Assembly: GCA_947624745.1 (NCBI GenBank)
Contig: CANQLR010000008.1
Location: 1,480-65,479 of the forward strand
DNA: 64,000 nucleotides
Direction: 5' to 3'
Origin: an uncultured Clostridia bacterium
GTDB taxonomy: Bacteria; Bacillota; Clostridia; Oscillospirales; Ruminococcaceae
Positions 9,019-16,963 of this stretch are shown piece after piece. The position numbers and the translations under genes were made by a program. The notes under the pieces are model-generated. The model saw nothing but the letters and a program-made list of their open reading frames with translations. It did no database searches and was not told where the DNA came from. Each line of letters starts with the position of its first letter. Positions within the stretch are counted from its first letter, which is position 1.

Positions 9019-9072
9019 TATTGATGTTATATCACATAGGCATTTTTTCAAGTTAATTTCGTTAGCAATATT

Positions 9073-9096
9073 TTTTACCGCATTTTTACCGCACGA
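9073..9096 (+). repeat. 24-bp repeat containing two TACCGCA half-sites (candidate integrase arm-type site, right arm)
   Basis: Identical to 1387-1410 and lies about 117 bp inside attR. Confidence 0.7.
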
Positions 9097-9212
9097 GGAT
9101 ATGAAAAAATGCGGTAAAATGCGAAAAGGTATGAAAAGACTTCGATTAAGAAACGGCGTATTACAGCGATTTGAGCACAATTATGGGAGAAGACGAAAAG
9201 GAAAAATCTCAA

Positions 9213-9258
9213 CTCATAACCCGGAGGTCGTTGGTTCAAGTCCTTCCCCCGCAACCAA
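9213..9258 (+). repeat. attR core: displaced 3' half of tRNA-fMet, not a functional gene
   Basis: Identical 46-bp copy of 1275-1320. It lacks the acceptor 5' strand and the D arm. Confidence 0.9.
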
Positions 9259-9266
9259 AAATATGT

Positions 9267-9296
9267 CCCAAAACGACCGTTTTGGGGCATTTTTCT
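9267..9296 (+). terminator. Rho-independent terminator: the original tRNA terminator, now downstream of attR
   Basis: CCCAAAACG-AC-CGTTTTGGG followed by CATTTTTC. Confidence 0.65.
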
Positions 9297-9482
9297 ATAT
9301 ATTCTGCTAAAGTGCTCTTAAATTTTGCCATTTTTTAGTTATTTTTGACCCCAATTTGACCCCAATTCAGTGTCAAAAGCCATGGCATTTTATGATGACA
9401 ATTTGTTAATAATGACGGAAAATGAAGCTCGTATATGAAGAAATAAGTATATCTGCCGCGCAGTTGTCTGCGCGGCTTTTTA

Positions 9483-9890
9483 TTACGGTGAAATATAAAG
9501 AAGCATCTGATTCGGCAAAAGCGGAGCTGCCGGCGGAATGGGCGGATACGGGTCGGTAAGAACTTTCTCGCTCAGGCAGTCCTTTATATATTGCAGCCCT
9601 GCCGCTAAATTATCCCCGCTGTAGGTTATATCCGGGCAGCCGCAAACCGTGATTTCCACTTCTCCGTCTTCAAGATTTGTGACTATGACCGGATAGGTTA
9701 TGTCAGCGGGAGTTGTCGGCTGAGCATTGTAAAGTTCCGACATAAGCGCCATATTTTCTTCCTTGTGGTCGTCAAGAACGTGAGCATAGGTGTCAAGAGT
9801 AAAGCTAACGCTGTATATAGCATTCATAGCTACGGAAAAATATTCTTTCCTAATTTGATATTGAAATAAAATGACTTTTACTCGTTTCAA
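9483..9890 (-). pseudogene. 5'-truncated tyrosine-integrase remnant (C-terminal Tyr motif) running in frame into a HicB/UPF0150-like domain
   Basis: The translation contains SVSFTLDTYAHVLDDHKEE, an integrase C-terminal catalytic-Tyr box, with no upstream integrase domains. It continues as TYPVIVTNLEDGEVEITVCGCPDITYSGDNLAAGLQYIKDCL (HicB-like fold). An internal ATG at 9752 could express the HicB-like part alone. Confidence 0.5.
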
Positions 9891-9951
9891 AATTAAGCAT
9901 GAGCATTTGTGCAGGTAGCGAGAAAATAAAGTAGTTAATTAATGCAAATTC

Positions 9952-10554
9952 TTATTTCTCTCCCCTCCTCCACCCCTCTGCTCTATACCTAAACGTCGAA
10001 AGCGGCATATTACAGGCCTTTGCGGCGGCGGTGCCGGTGATGTCGCCCGCCTGCCAGCTCTCGACCGCGGCGGTAAAATTCTCGGGGAGGGGCTCGGGAG
10101 GCCTGCCGAAACGCACACCGCGGGCCTTTGCGGCAGCGATGCCCTCGGCCTGGCGCTGGCGAATGTTCGTGCGCTCGTTCTCGGCGACAAAGCTAAGTAC
10201 CTGAAGCACGATGTCGCTCAAAAACGTGCCGACGAGGTCCTTGCCGCGCCGGGTGTCCAGAAGCGGCATGTCGAGAACGCAGATGTCGACCCCCTTGTCC
10301 TTCGTGATGACCCGCCACTGCCGCTGGATCTCCTCGTAATTTCGGCCGAGGCGGTCGATGCTTTTTATATAGAGCAGGTCGTCGCGCCGCAGCCTGCGAA
10401 GCAGCCTTTTGTAGTTCGGGCGATCGAAATCCTTGCCCGACTGTTTATCAATGTAAAGGTTTTCAGCGGGAACGCGCGCCTCGCTCATCGCGATAAGCTG
10501 CCTGTCCTCGTTCTGCTCCCTTGTGCTGACGCGAATGTAACCGTAGATCTCCAT
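9952..10554 (-). CDS. Small serine recombinase (resolvase/invertase family)
   Basis: 200 aa. YGYIRVSTREQNEDRQ contains the catalytic Ser motif, and there is a C-terminal HTH (ITGTAAAKACNMPLSTFRYR). GGAGGGAG RBS. Confidence 0.9.
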   Translation of the reverse strand: MEIYGYIRVSTREQNEDRQLIAMSEARVPAENLYIDKQSGKDFDRPNYKRLLRRLRRDDLLYIKSIDRLGRNYEEIQRQWRVITKDKGVDICVLDMPLLDTRRGKDLVGTFLSDIVLQVLSFVAENERTNIRQRQAEGIAAAKARGVRFGRPPEPLPENFTAAVESWQAGDITGTAAAKACNMPLSTFRYRAEGWRRGEK

Positions 10555-11064
10555 TTTGCTCCCTCCTCACTGATATTTTACATCAATAATTATGCAAAAT
10601 TCAAGCCCCCGCCGGTGCCAAATGATACCGACGAGGGCTTTTTCAACCATAATATTATGTGCTTAAATTTTTGTGAGGATTTTGGGGGAGATGGGCGCGT
10701 GCTTCTCTTCGCACCTCTGCTTGCTTCGCTGCTGTCGTTTCTGCACGTTTTTTCGTGAGTTTCGACTATTTTCCTCCCCGGTTTCGCCCGCAGTCATAAC
10801 TACCTCCAAATCGCTTAACTCCCCTGCTCCGAGGCTTTATTAAAGCCCATTCCCTCTCTCAATCGTTCGCCATGACTGCAATGACCCTCCAACCGTTCGG
10901 GTTTTGTGCTGCCCCACGGTTTAGGTGAAATTCGTTGGTGCGGCGCTCCCACACGTCGGCGTTCGCTTGTGCGCAGCTTCTTTCTTGCAGCAGACTCTCT
11001 ACCCGGTGGGGCGAGGTAGTTGCCGCACTTTCCTGCCTCACCGCGGCAAATCGCGAGCCTGCAC

Positions 11065-11158
11065 GGGCGAAGCCCCTGCGCGGAGCTGCGCTCCGCGCGG
11101 CCGGGAGGCTCTGCCTCCCGGCCCGCCGGCCACGAAGTGGCCGGCGGGGGCTTCGCCC
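11065..11158 (+). repeat. Nested hairpin module 1a: outer stem plus three hairpins
   Basis: Outer stem 11065-11075 pairs with 11148-11158 (GGGCGAAGCCC/GGGCTTCGCCC). Inner hairpins are at 11078-11098, 11100-11122 and 11123-11147. Confidence 0.75.
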
Positions 11159-11198
11159 CGCGCCCCGTAGCCTCCGCACCAACCCGCAGACCCCGCGC

Positions 11199-11287
11199 GG
11201 CGAAGCCCCGGTCGGCAGCTTCGCTGCCGACCCTGCGCACTTCGTGCGCAGGAGGCGCCCACTCCGCGGGCGCCTCGGGGCTTCGCC
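11199..11287 (+). repeat. Nested hairpin module 1b
   Basis: Outer stem is GGCGAAGCCCC (11199-11209) / GGGGCTTCGCC (11277-11287). Inner hairpins are at 11210-11232, 11233-11251 and 11252-11276. Confidence 0.75.
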
Positions 11288-11744
11288 CCCGCCACCAGCA
11301 CACCTCCCGCCCCAAGTTATTGACCGAACTTCGGTGCAGAGTTTGCCTCGCTCCCCGCTCGGCAAATAAGGAAACGCCGCCCCACTTCCAGCGCAACATT
11401 CGCATTAACTGCTTAGCTCCGGCTTCTCTTTGCCTCGCTCGTCGCTCGACAAATAGGGGACCCCCGGCGAGGGTCCCCTACGCCAAAACAGTCCACTGGA
11501 CTGATTTTGGCTACCCTCCTGCGCTCGCTAACGCTTAAGAGGATTTCGCCCGTTGCGACGGGCGACCAAAGGCTCCTCGCCTCTGGACTCTCGCCCGCTT
11601 TTTGAGGAAAAGCGGGGTAAAACCTTTTCAGTTTCAGCGATATAGGGAGTCCCTTTATCACCACCTCCATAAAAATTCGCCCCCTCCACCCGGGAGGGAG
11701 CCCACTTCCTCAAAACCTACATATCCCATCCCTTATCCCCAAAA

Positions 11745-12821
11745 TTACTCCTCCTCGATTTCGAACCTCATTCCCTCGATCTCGACCGACTCAATCTGCG
11801 CGATATCGAACACCGAGGTGAACTCATAGCTTATCCCGAACCTGCTGCCGTCCGAAACTGTGCCGGAGCCGCCGATGATATGCGTCATGGTGAGGTACTC
11901 GGGACCCATCTTCGACAGCCCCATCGGGTTGTCGACCACGACCGTGCCGTCCTTGAGGGTCAGGGTGATGTCGGCGTTGAAGAGCCTTTCGTTGTTCAGC
12001 TCGACATGCTCCTCGGGAGTCAGCTTATCCTCGGTATAAAGTATCATTCCGCAGCCGTCCGCCTCGAGGATATATTCGTGGCCGCCGAGCGTCTGAGGCT
12101 CTTTGCAGACGTAGGTCGAGAGAACGGTGTAGTCCTCGCTGCTCACCCTGATCTCGCCGGGGTGATAGCTTACGCCTATGCTTTCTCCGTCCTTGAAGGT
12201 GAAATGCTCTATCCCGTCCCAGCTTATGCCGATGGTGTCCGGCAGACCGCCGTGGATCCCGCCCCGAAGGACGAAGGTCATGACGCCGTTTTCGCAGGAA
12301 AGCGGGGTTGGGCCGCTTATTCCCGCGCCGGAGCCGAGGTATTTTTCGCCGTTTTCGTCTATCCCGTAGATCATGACGTTTTCAAACTGATAGAACCCGT
12401 CGAGCATTTTTTCGTCCTCGGTTATGAACTCCGCGTCGTTGAAATTAAGCTCGAATGTCGCGAATAACGCCCATTTTCCGGCGACTACGCTTTCAAACCT
12501 CGCCTCGCCGGGCAAAAGCTCGCCCTCGGGGCTAAGCTCGGTGACCTTGCTGTCGACGTTGCTGTCCCGAAGCGCCTCCGGGATCTTCTGGCTGACGTTT
12601 TTCTCGCCGATGTAGCCGCTAAGCTTGAACAGCCCGCCGAAGCCGGCCGCCGCCACCGATATCCCGAGCACCGCCGCAAGCGCCGCGACTATCGCCGCCG
12701 TGCGCGCTATTTTTTTCTTTTCCATCGTGATGCCTCTCCTTTCGCTTGCCGAATATTCAAACACTTCTTTGATAAATTTCGGGTCTACCCCGTTAAGTTT
12801 TTCCGACAGGAAATATTTCAC
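11745..12821 (-). CDS. Membrane-anchored protein downstream of the ECF sigma (putative anti-sigma / DUF4179-like partner)
   Basis: 358 aa. The GTG start is 6 nt after the sigma gene stop. The N-terminus has VDPKFIKEVFEYS, followed by a single TM segment (IARTAAIVAALAAVLGISVAAAGF). Confidence 0.7.
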   Translation of the reverse strand: MKYFLSEKLNGVDPKFIKEVFEYSASERRGITMEKKKIARTAAIVAALAAVLGISVAAAGFGGLFKLSGYIGEKNVSQKIPEALRDSNVDSKVTELSPEGELLPGEARFESVVAGKWALFATFELNFNDAEFITEDEKMLDGFYQFENVMIYGIDENGEKYLGSGAGISGPTPLSCENGVMTFVLRGGIHGGLPDTIGISWDGIEHFTFKDGESIGVSYHPGEIRVSSEDYTVLSTYVCKEPQTLGGHEYILEADGCGMILYTEDKLTPEEHVELNNERLFNADITLTLKDGTVVVDNPMGLSKMGPEYLTMTHIIGGSGTVSDGSRFGISYEFTSVFDIAQIESVEIEGMRFEIEEE

Positions 12822-12827
12822 GTTTCA

Positions 12828-13370
12828 TCACTCCCCGTAAATAGTCCTTTTAAGCTTTTTTCTTGCCCTGAAAAGAAGCGATTTGACCTTGCTCTCGGAA
12901 ATATTGAGATCCTCGGCGATCTCCCCGACCGAGTCCATAAAGAAGTATCTCTTCATGAAGACCACCCGGGATTCGACCGAAAGGCTCTGCAAAAACCCGT
13001 CGAGCAGGACGTGAAAATCGACGTCTTTCAGCTCTGCCTCGGCGTTTTTGTCCGCGATCACCGCTTCGAGCTCATCAAGCGCGACCGACGAATTTACGCT
13101 CCGCCTTTTGGCAAGGCTGTAGCCAAGACGCTTGAAAGCAAGGTTGCGGGCGGAGGCCGCGGCATACGCCCCGAGGCTTTCCGGCCGCGCTGGCGGTATC
13201 GCGTTCCAAAGGTTCAGAAGCGCGTCGCTCAAGCACTCCTCGGCGTCGGCTCGGCTGCCGGTGATCCTCTCCGCAAGCCGAAGGATAAGGGCGCCGTATT
13301 TGTCGCGCAGCTCACCCAGGGCGCTTTCGTCGCGCCGGCAAAACAGCTCGATAATTTTTTCGTCGTCCAT
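12828..13370 (-). CDS. ECF-type RNA polymerase sigma-70 family factor
   Basis: 180 aa from ATG 13370 with an AAGGAAGGGGG RBS. Region 2 is EECLSDALLNLWNAIP; the region 4 HTH is VGEIAEDLNISESKVKSLLFRARKKL. Confidence 0.85.
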   Translation of the reverse strand: MDDEKIIELFCRRDESALGELRDKYGALILRLAERITGSRADAEECLSDALLNLWNAIPPARPESLGAYAAASARNLAFKRLGYSLAKRRSVNSSVALDELEAVIADKNAEAELKDVDFHVLLDGFLQSLSVESRVVFMKRYFFMDSVGEIAEDLNISESKVKSLLFRARKKLKRTIYGE

Positions 13371-13497
13371 GGCCGGGCCCCCTTCCTTTTTGCTTTCACC
13401 CATAAGATGCCGAAAAAGCGGCAAACGGTCGCGCAAAAAACTAAAAATTTTTTAAAAAAATTCCCGCGTTCACGCGCGGGGAGATTCCGAGGATTTT

Positions 13498-14004
13498 TCA
13501 CATTTTTTTGAGTATCACCCGATACGCCGGGCTGTACGCGCTTCGGTAGATCTCGCTGTGAGAGACCGCGGGACAGCCCGAAGAACGGTATTTTGTGAGG
13601 TAGCGCGCGAGATCCTCCTCCGAAAAACCGAAGCCGAAACGCGGAAATTCTGCGGCGAGGGTATCAAGATTCTTAATAAAGTTAGCCATGTTGCCGCGCC
13701 TAAGGTTCGCCGATTCGCAGAAGTCGCGGTTGAGATCACGAAGCGGGTATTTTTCTGGGTCGAGCGCGCAGAGATTCACCCGCACGACGCCGTTTCCGAT
13801 GTATTCGTAAAGCTCCGCGCCGGGGCATTTTTTCGTGCGCGAAAATTCCTCGGAAAGCCGCAAAAGGCTTTGCTCTGGGCTTTTTATCATGTGCCCGCCC
13901 AGAAATTCGCTCTGGAAAACGAGCTTCACCGCGTCGCACGGCTGCATCAGCGGGTACTTTTTCGCATGGTGGGAAAGTATGGAAATGAGTTCACAGTCGT
14001 TCAT
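13498..14004 (-). CDS. Conserved hypothetical protein
   Basis: 168 aa from ATG 14004 with a GGAGG RBS. Composition looks coding-like, but no motif was recognised. Confidence 0.6.
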   Translation of the reverse strand: MNDCELISILSHHAKKYPLMQPCDAVKLVFQSEFLGGHMIKSPEQSLLRLSEEFSRTKKCPGAELYEYIGNGVVRVNLCALDPEKYPLRDLNRDFCESANLRRGNMANFIKNLDTLAAEFPRFGFGFSEEDLARYLTKYRSSGCPAVSHSEIYRSAYSPAYRVILKKM

Positions 14005-14116
14005 AATAAGCCTCCGGGGATATTGTAGCATAGATGGGGGGGAGGTGTCAAGGTGGAAGATGGAGGGTTAGAAGATAGAAAGTTAGATTGTCGGAGGATA
14101 GAGGGGAAGGCAAGGC

Positions 14117-14143
14117 AAAAAGGTTTTACCCCGCCTTCCTCAA
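14117..14143 (-). repeat. Third copy (inverted) of the TTGAGGAA..GCGGGGTAAAACCTTTT motif
   Basis: The reverse complement reads TTGAGGAAGGCGGGGTAAAACCTTTTT. It matches 11602-11628 and 27635-27660, with a variant at 27580-27606. Confidence 0.75.
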
Positions 14144-14202
14144 CCTGCAGAGTAAAACCCTTTCAATATTTTTCGCCTTCTTTTGCCGCTCATTTACTTT
14201 TA

Positions 14203-15204
14203 CTATCTTTTCTCTGCCCTCTCCCCTTCTCTTTCATTCAGCAGTTCCGCCCCCTCAAAGAAGTGCCCCAATATCTCCCGATAGCTCTTTCCTTCTCCCG
14301 CCATTGCGGCGGCGCCGCGCTGGCTCATGCCGACGAGGCTGCCCGAGCCGGAAACCGTAAAAACGAACCTTTTTGCGGCGGGGGAGTAGCGGAAGGTAAA
14401 CCTCGCAGACGGAAGGTTCAGGATCTTCGCGAGATCATACCCCGAAACGCTCGTTTTGCCGTCCAGAAGAACCGCCGCGACATACCCGTCCGGCTCTTTT
14501 TTGTCGATCGTGATCCAGTCCTGCGGCTCGCCCAGAAGAATATACTCGGCGCTCGCGGTAGAGATACGCGCGTACACCTCCTCGGCGGTGTAGGTGACGC
14601 TTTTTATGCACCCGTCCGGCTCCTCCGAGGAGACTGAGCGCAGATACGGCAGGTCGACCCCGAGAACCGTCTCGGCGCTTTCGGTGTGGGTGCCCGCCGA
14701 GTAGCAGTAGGCGACGGTGCAGGGCTCGCCGCCGTAGCTTAAATATTCGCCCGAGACCTCCGCCGCGATCTCGCGAAAGACCTCTATTTCGGGCACGTTT
14801 TCGGGATCGCAGATGAGCGGGAACGCGCCGAGATCCGTCGAGACGTCGCAGCCCGAAAGCGCAGGGTCGGGGGAGCGGATCTCCTCGAAACGCCTGCGGC
14901 GTATGTATGTGTTCATCAGCACCGCCTGCGCCTTCAAAAGCTCGCGCGGGCAGGAGGGCGACAGCAGTCCCGCCAAGGTCCTTGCGGTGAACTCCTCGGC
15001 GCCGATATATTTTATCTCGCGGCTCACGACGTCGAATATTCTGACCTCGAAGCCGCTCTCCTCCCCGTAAATTCGGGGGATCTCCGCCGCGGCCATCGCC
15101 TCCGTCGCCTCGCCCGGGAAGAAGCTCCCGAGCAAAAATGGCACCGCCGGAAAGATCAGCAGCGCGAGGGTCAGCACCGTCATGCCCCTAAAAAAGTTTT
15201 TCAT
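14203..15204 (-). CDS. spoIID: SpoIID/LytB-domain protein (stage II sporulation protein D-like lytic transglycosylase)
   Basis: 333 aa with a signal/TM N-terminus. LKAQAVLMNTYIRRR and YCYSAGTHTESAETVLGVDLPYLRSV match the SpoIID signature blocks. Confidence 0.8.
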   Translation of the reverse strand: MKNFFRGMTVLTLALLIFPAVPFLLGSFFPGEATEAMAAAEIPRIYGEESGFEVRIFDVVSREIKYIGAEEFTARTLAGLLSPSCPRELLKAQAVLMNTYIRRRRFEEIRSPDPALSGCDVSTDLGAFPLICDPENVPEIEVFREIAAEVSGEYLSYGGEPCTVAYCYSAGTHTESAETVLGVDLPYLRSVSSEEPDGCIKSVTYTAEEVYARISTASAEYILLGEPQDWITIDKKEPDGYVAAVLLDGKTSVSGYDLAKILNLPSARFTFRYSPAAKRFVFTVSGSGSLVGMSQRGAAAMAGEGKSYREILGHFFEGAELLNEREGERAEKR

Positions 15205-15287
15205 GCTTTCATCTCCAAGGCTTTATTTTAGCCTATTTTATCAGGACAAGGCATGGAAAATTGTCGAAAGACATGGGGGAAAAAGCT

Positions 15288-16037
15288 TCATTTTAAAAGC
15301 TCGCCGAGCATTTTTTCGGGACGGTTCAGAAACTCCCGCATTACGGCGCAGTGCTCGGTCCTGTGCCGGTCGGTCACGAAGATACCGCTCCCCGTGATCT
15401 TGAGCACCTCCGCGCCGGGAAGCGCCATCAGTATGGGCGAGTGGGTGGCGATAATGAACTGCGAGCCCTCGCCCGAAAGCCGGCAGATCTCGCGAAGGAG
15501 CGTCATGCACCTCATCGGCGAGAGCGCCGCCTCCGGCTCGTCCAAAATATACAGGCCCCGGCCGGAAAACCTGTTCTGAACGAGCCGCAAAAACGCTTCG
15601 CCGTGGCTCATTTTGCGGAGCGACCTGCCGCCGTAGCTCTCGGCCAGCTTCGGCGCGGGGGCGGGTATTTCGTCGAGGCGGTCGATATAGCTGACGGCGT
15701 TGTAAAAGCTCTCCGCGCGGAGGAAAAACCCGTCCCGCGGGCGAAGGCCCTTTGAAAGCTTTAAATATTCATACAGCTCGGAGTGGGTCGGTTCGGTCTC
15801 GAAGCAGTAGTTAAGGCTCCCGCCCTCGGGGTTGAAGCCGAAGGCGACCGCTATCCCCTCGATAAGCGTCGACTTGCCGGAGCCGTTCTCTCCCGCAAAA
15901 ACGGTCACGGCGCGGCCGAGCTTTAACGGCTCGCGCATAAGATGTCTTACCGCCGGGACGGTTTTTAAATAGCTCCCCCTCGGAAGATCGCCCTTCAAAG
16001 AGACCTCCGAGATAAAATTCGCCCGATCCGAAAACAT
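15288..16037 (-). CDS. AAA/ABC-like P-loop ATPase (COG3910-type predicted ATPase)
   Basis: Walker A is GENGSGKSTL, the signature-like motif is SHGEAF, Walker B is LYILDEPEAALS, and the H-loop is ATHSP. ATG 16037 is preferred over the TTG at 16058. Confidence 0.8.
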   Translation of the reverse strand: MFSDRANFISEVSLKGDLPRGSYLKTVPAVRHLMREPLKLGRAVTVFAGENGSGKSTLIEGIAVAFGFNPEGGSLNYCFETEPTHSELYEYLKLSKGLRPRDGFFLRAESFYNAVSYIDRLDEIPAPAPKLAESYGGRSLRKMSHGEAFLRLVQNRFSGRGLYILDEPEAALSPMRCMTLLREICRLSGEGSQFIIATHSPILMALPGAEVLKITGSGIFVTDRHRTEHCAVMREFLNRPEKMLGELLK

Positions 16038-16354
16038 TTTTATCCCGCTCTCTTGCAATTTTCTTTATTCTGTATTATAATATAATCGGAGGCGGGGGCC
16101 TTGGGGCTTTTTTCTCCTGATCTTCTCATGTCGCGGCGGTCCTGTAGGATCAGGAGCGCGTCGCGGAGAGCGTAGATAAAGTAAAGTCCGAGCGCGAGGC
16201 AAATAACGTATGTCATCATGGCGGATTCTCCCTTCAGATTGTCGCGGTTTTTTGCTTTCAATCTCATTATATTGCCTCATTAGTCCAAAAATACGGACTC
16301 AATTCGGAAATTTGCCTCCGACCTGTCCAAAAAAACGTACTTCGGGAGATTTTT

Positions 16355-16909
16355 ATGGAATTTTCTCTCATTTCGGGGGTGTTTGTCCCCGACATTTCCG
16401 GCGTTAAAAAAAGCTTTCGCGTTTCCAAGGACCGAATAGTTTTCAGCCTTTCGGCGGAGGACTACCCCGGATTTTTCAAAAAAGCGGCGCTGCTTTTAAG
16501 CGAGCCGGTGTTCTTCTTCGTCGAGATTCCCGCCGACAACGACCTCTACAGGACCTATTATTTGGACAACTGCACGCTGCCGGTAGCCTCGGCGATACTC
16601 AAAAGATACGGCGGGATACTCTTTAACGACGGGGTGATACGCTGGGGGTTCGGCTCGCATAAGACCGACGAGGAGATATATATGCGCGAATATCAGACCG
16701 CGGAGATATACTTTAAATCGGCGGAGAGGTTCACCGCGCTGTTGAGCTCCATAGGATACGAAAACGACCCCAAGGGAAAGACGCTCTGGGACGTTTTAAG
16801 CGACAAGAACGGCGGAGAATGCTCGAGCGTGGAGTATGACGACGAGACGTATATGGACATGGTCAACAACCTTATAGACGTAGGTATGTATTCGGCGGAC
16901 GATAAATAA
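16355..16909 (+). CDS. Hypothetical protein
   Basis: 184-aa ORF with a GGGAGA RBS and balanced composition. Confidence 0.55.
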   Translation: MEFSLISGVFVPDISGVKKSFRVSKDRIVFSLSAEDYPGFFKKAALLLSEPVFFFVEIPADNDLYRTYYLDNCTLPVASAILKRYGGILFNDGVIRWGFGSHKTDEEIYMREYQTAEIYFKSAERFTALLSSIGYENDPKGKTLWDVLSDKNGGECSSVEYDDETYMDMVNNLIDVGMYSADDK

Positions 16910-16963
16910 AGTTAAATTTTCGGGAAGCTCCCGATAAAATAATAGCGAAAGCGAGGAAAAATT

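Larger units (their letters stand above)
11040..11640. repeat. Intergenic mosaic of GC-rich hairpin repeats (array 1)
   Basis: Many perfect palindromes are present, such as GCGCGGAGC-TGC-GCTCCGCGC, CCGCCGGCCAC-GAA-GTGGCCGGCGG, TCGCCCGT-TGCG-ACGGGCGA and CAGTCCA-C-TGGACTG. The array shares blocks with 26640-27665 (TTTGCCTCGCTCNNCGCTCGGCAAA, GGRGACCCCCGGCGAG, GCGGGGTAAAACCTTTT). Confidence 0.85.

Noticed and set aside
9213-9258. A second tRNA gene.
   Set aside because: Only the 3' half is present, from the anticodon loop to CCA. The preceding bases cannot form the acceptor or D arms. It is interpreted as the attR half-site.
9935-10602. AT-rich 16-mers TAATTAATGCAAATTC (9936-9951) and TAATTATGCAAAATTC (10587-10602) directly flanking the serine recombinase gene, as possible recombination sites.
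   Set aside because: They are short, AT-rich and imperfect, with one indel. They are in direct rather than inverted orientation, and no invertible segment or crossover dinucleotide context can be argued from the sequence alone, so the match could be chance.
10815-11713. Multiple long overlapping ORFs on both strands across hairpin array 1 (for example 10815-11405, 10859-11365, 10935-11369 and 11020-11538).
   Set aside because: The translations are Arg/Ala/Pro/Gly low-complexity, the ORFs overlap each other in several frames, and they coincide with palindromic repeats. They are open only because the GC-rich DNA lacks stop codons. No RBS or domain motif is present.
16040-16267. 75-aa ORF overlapping the start of the ATPase gene; it could encode a small TM peptide from MMTYVICLALGLYFIYAL.
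   Set aside because: It has no clear RBS, it overlaps a neighbouring gene, and there is a second overlapping ORF in another frame (16065-16280). The evidence is insufficient to call it.
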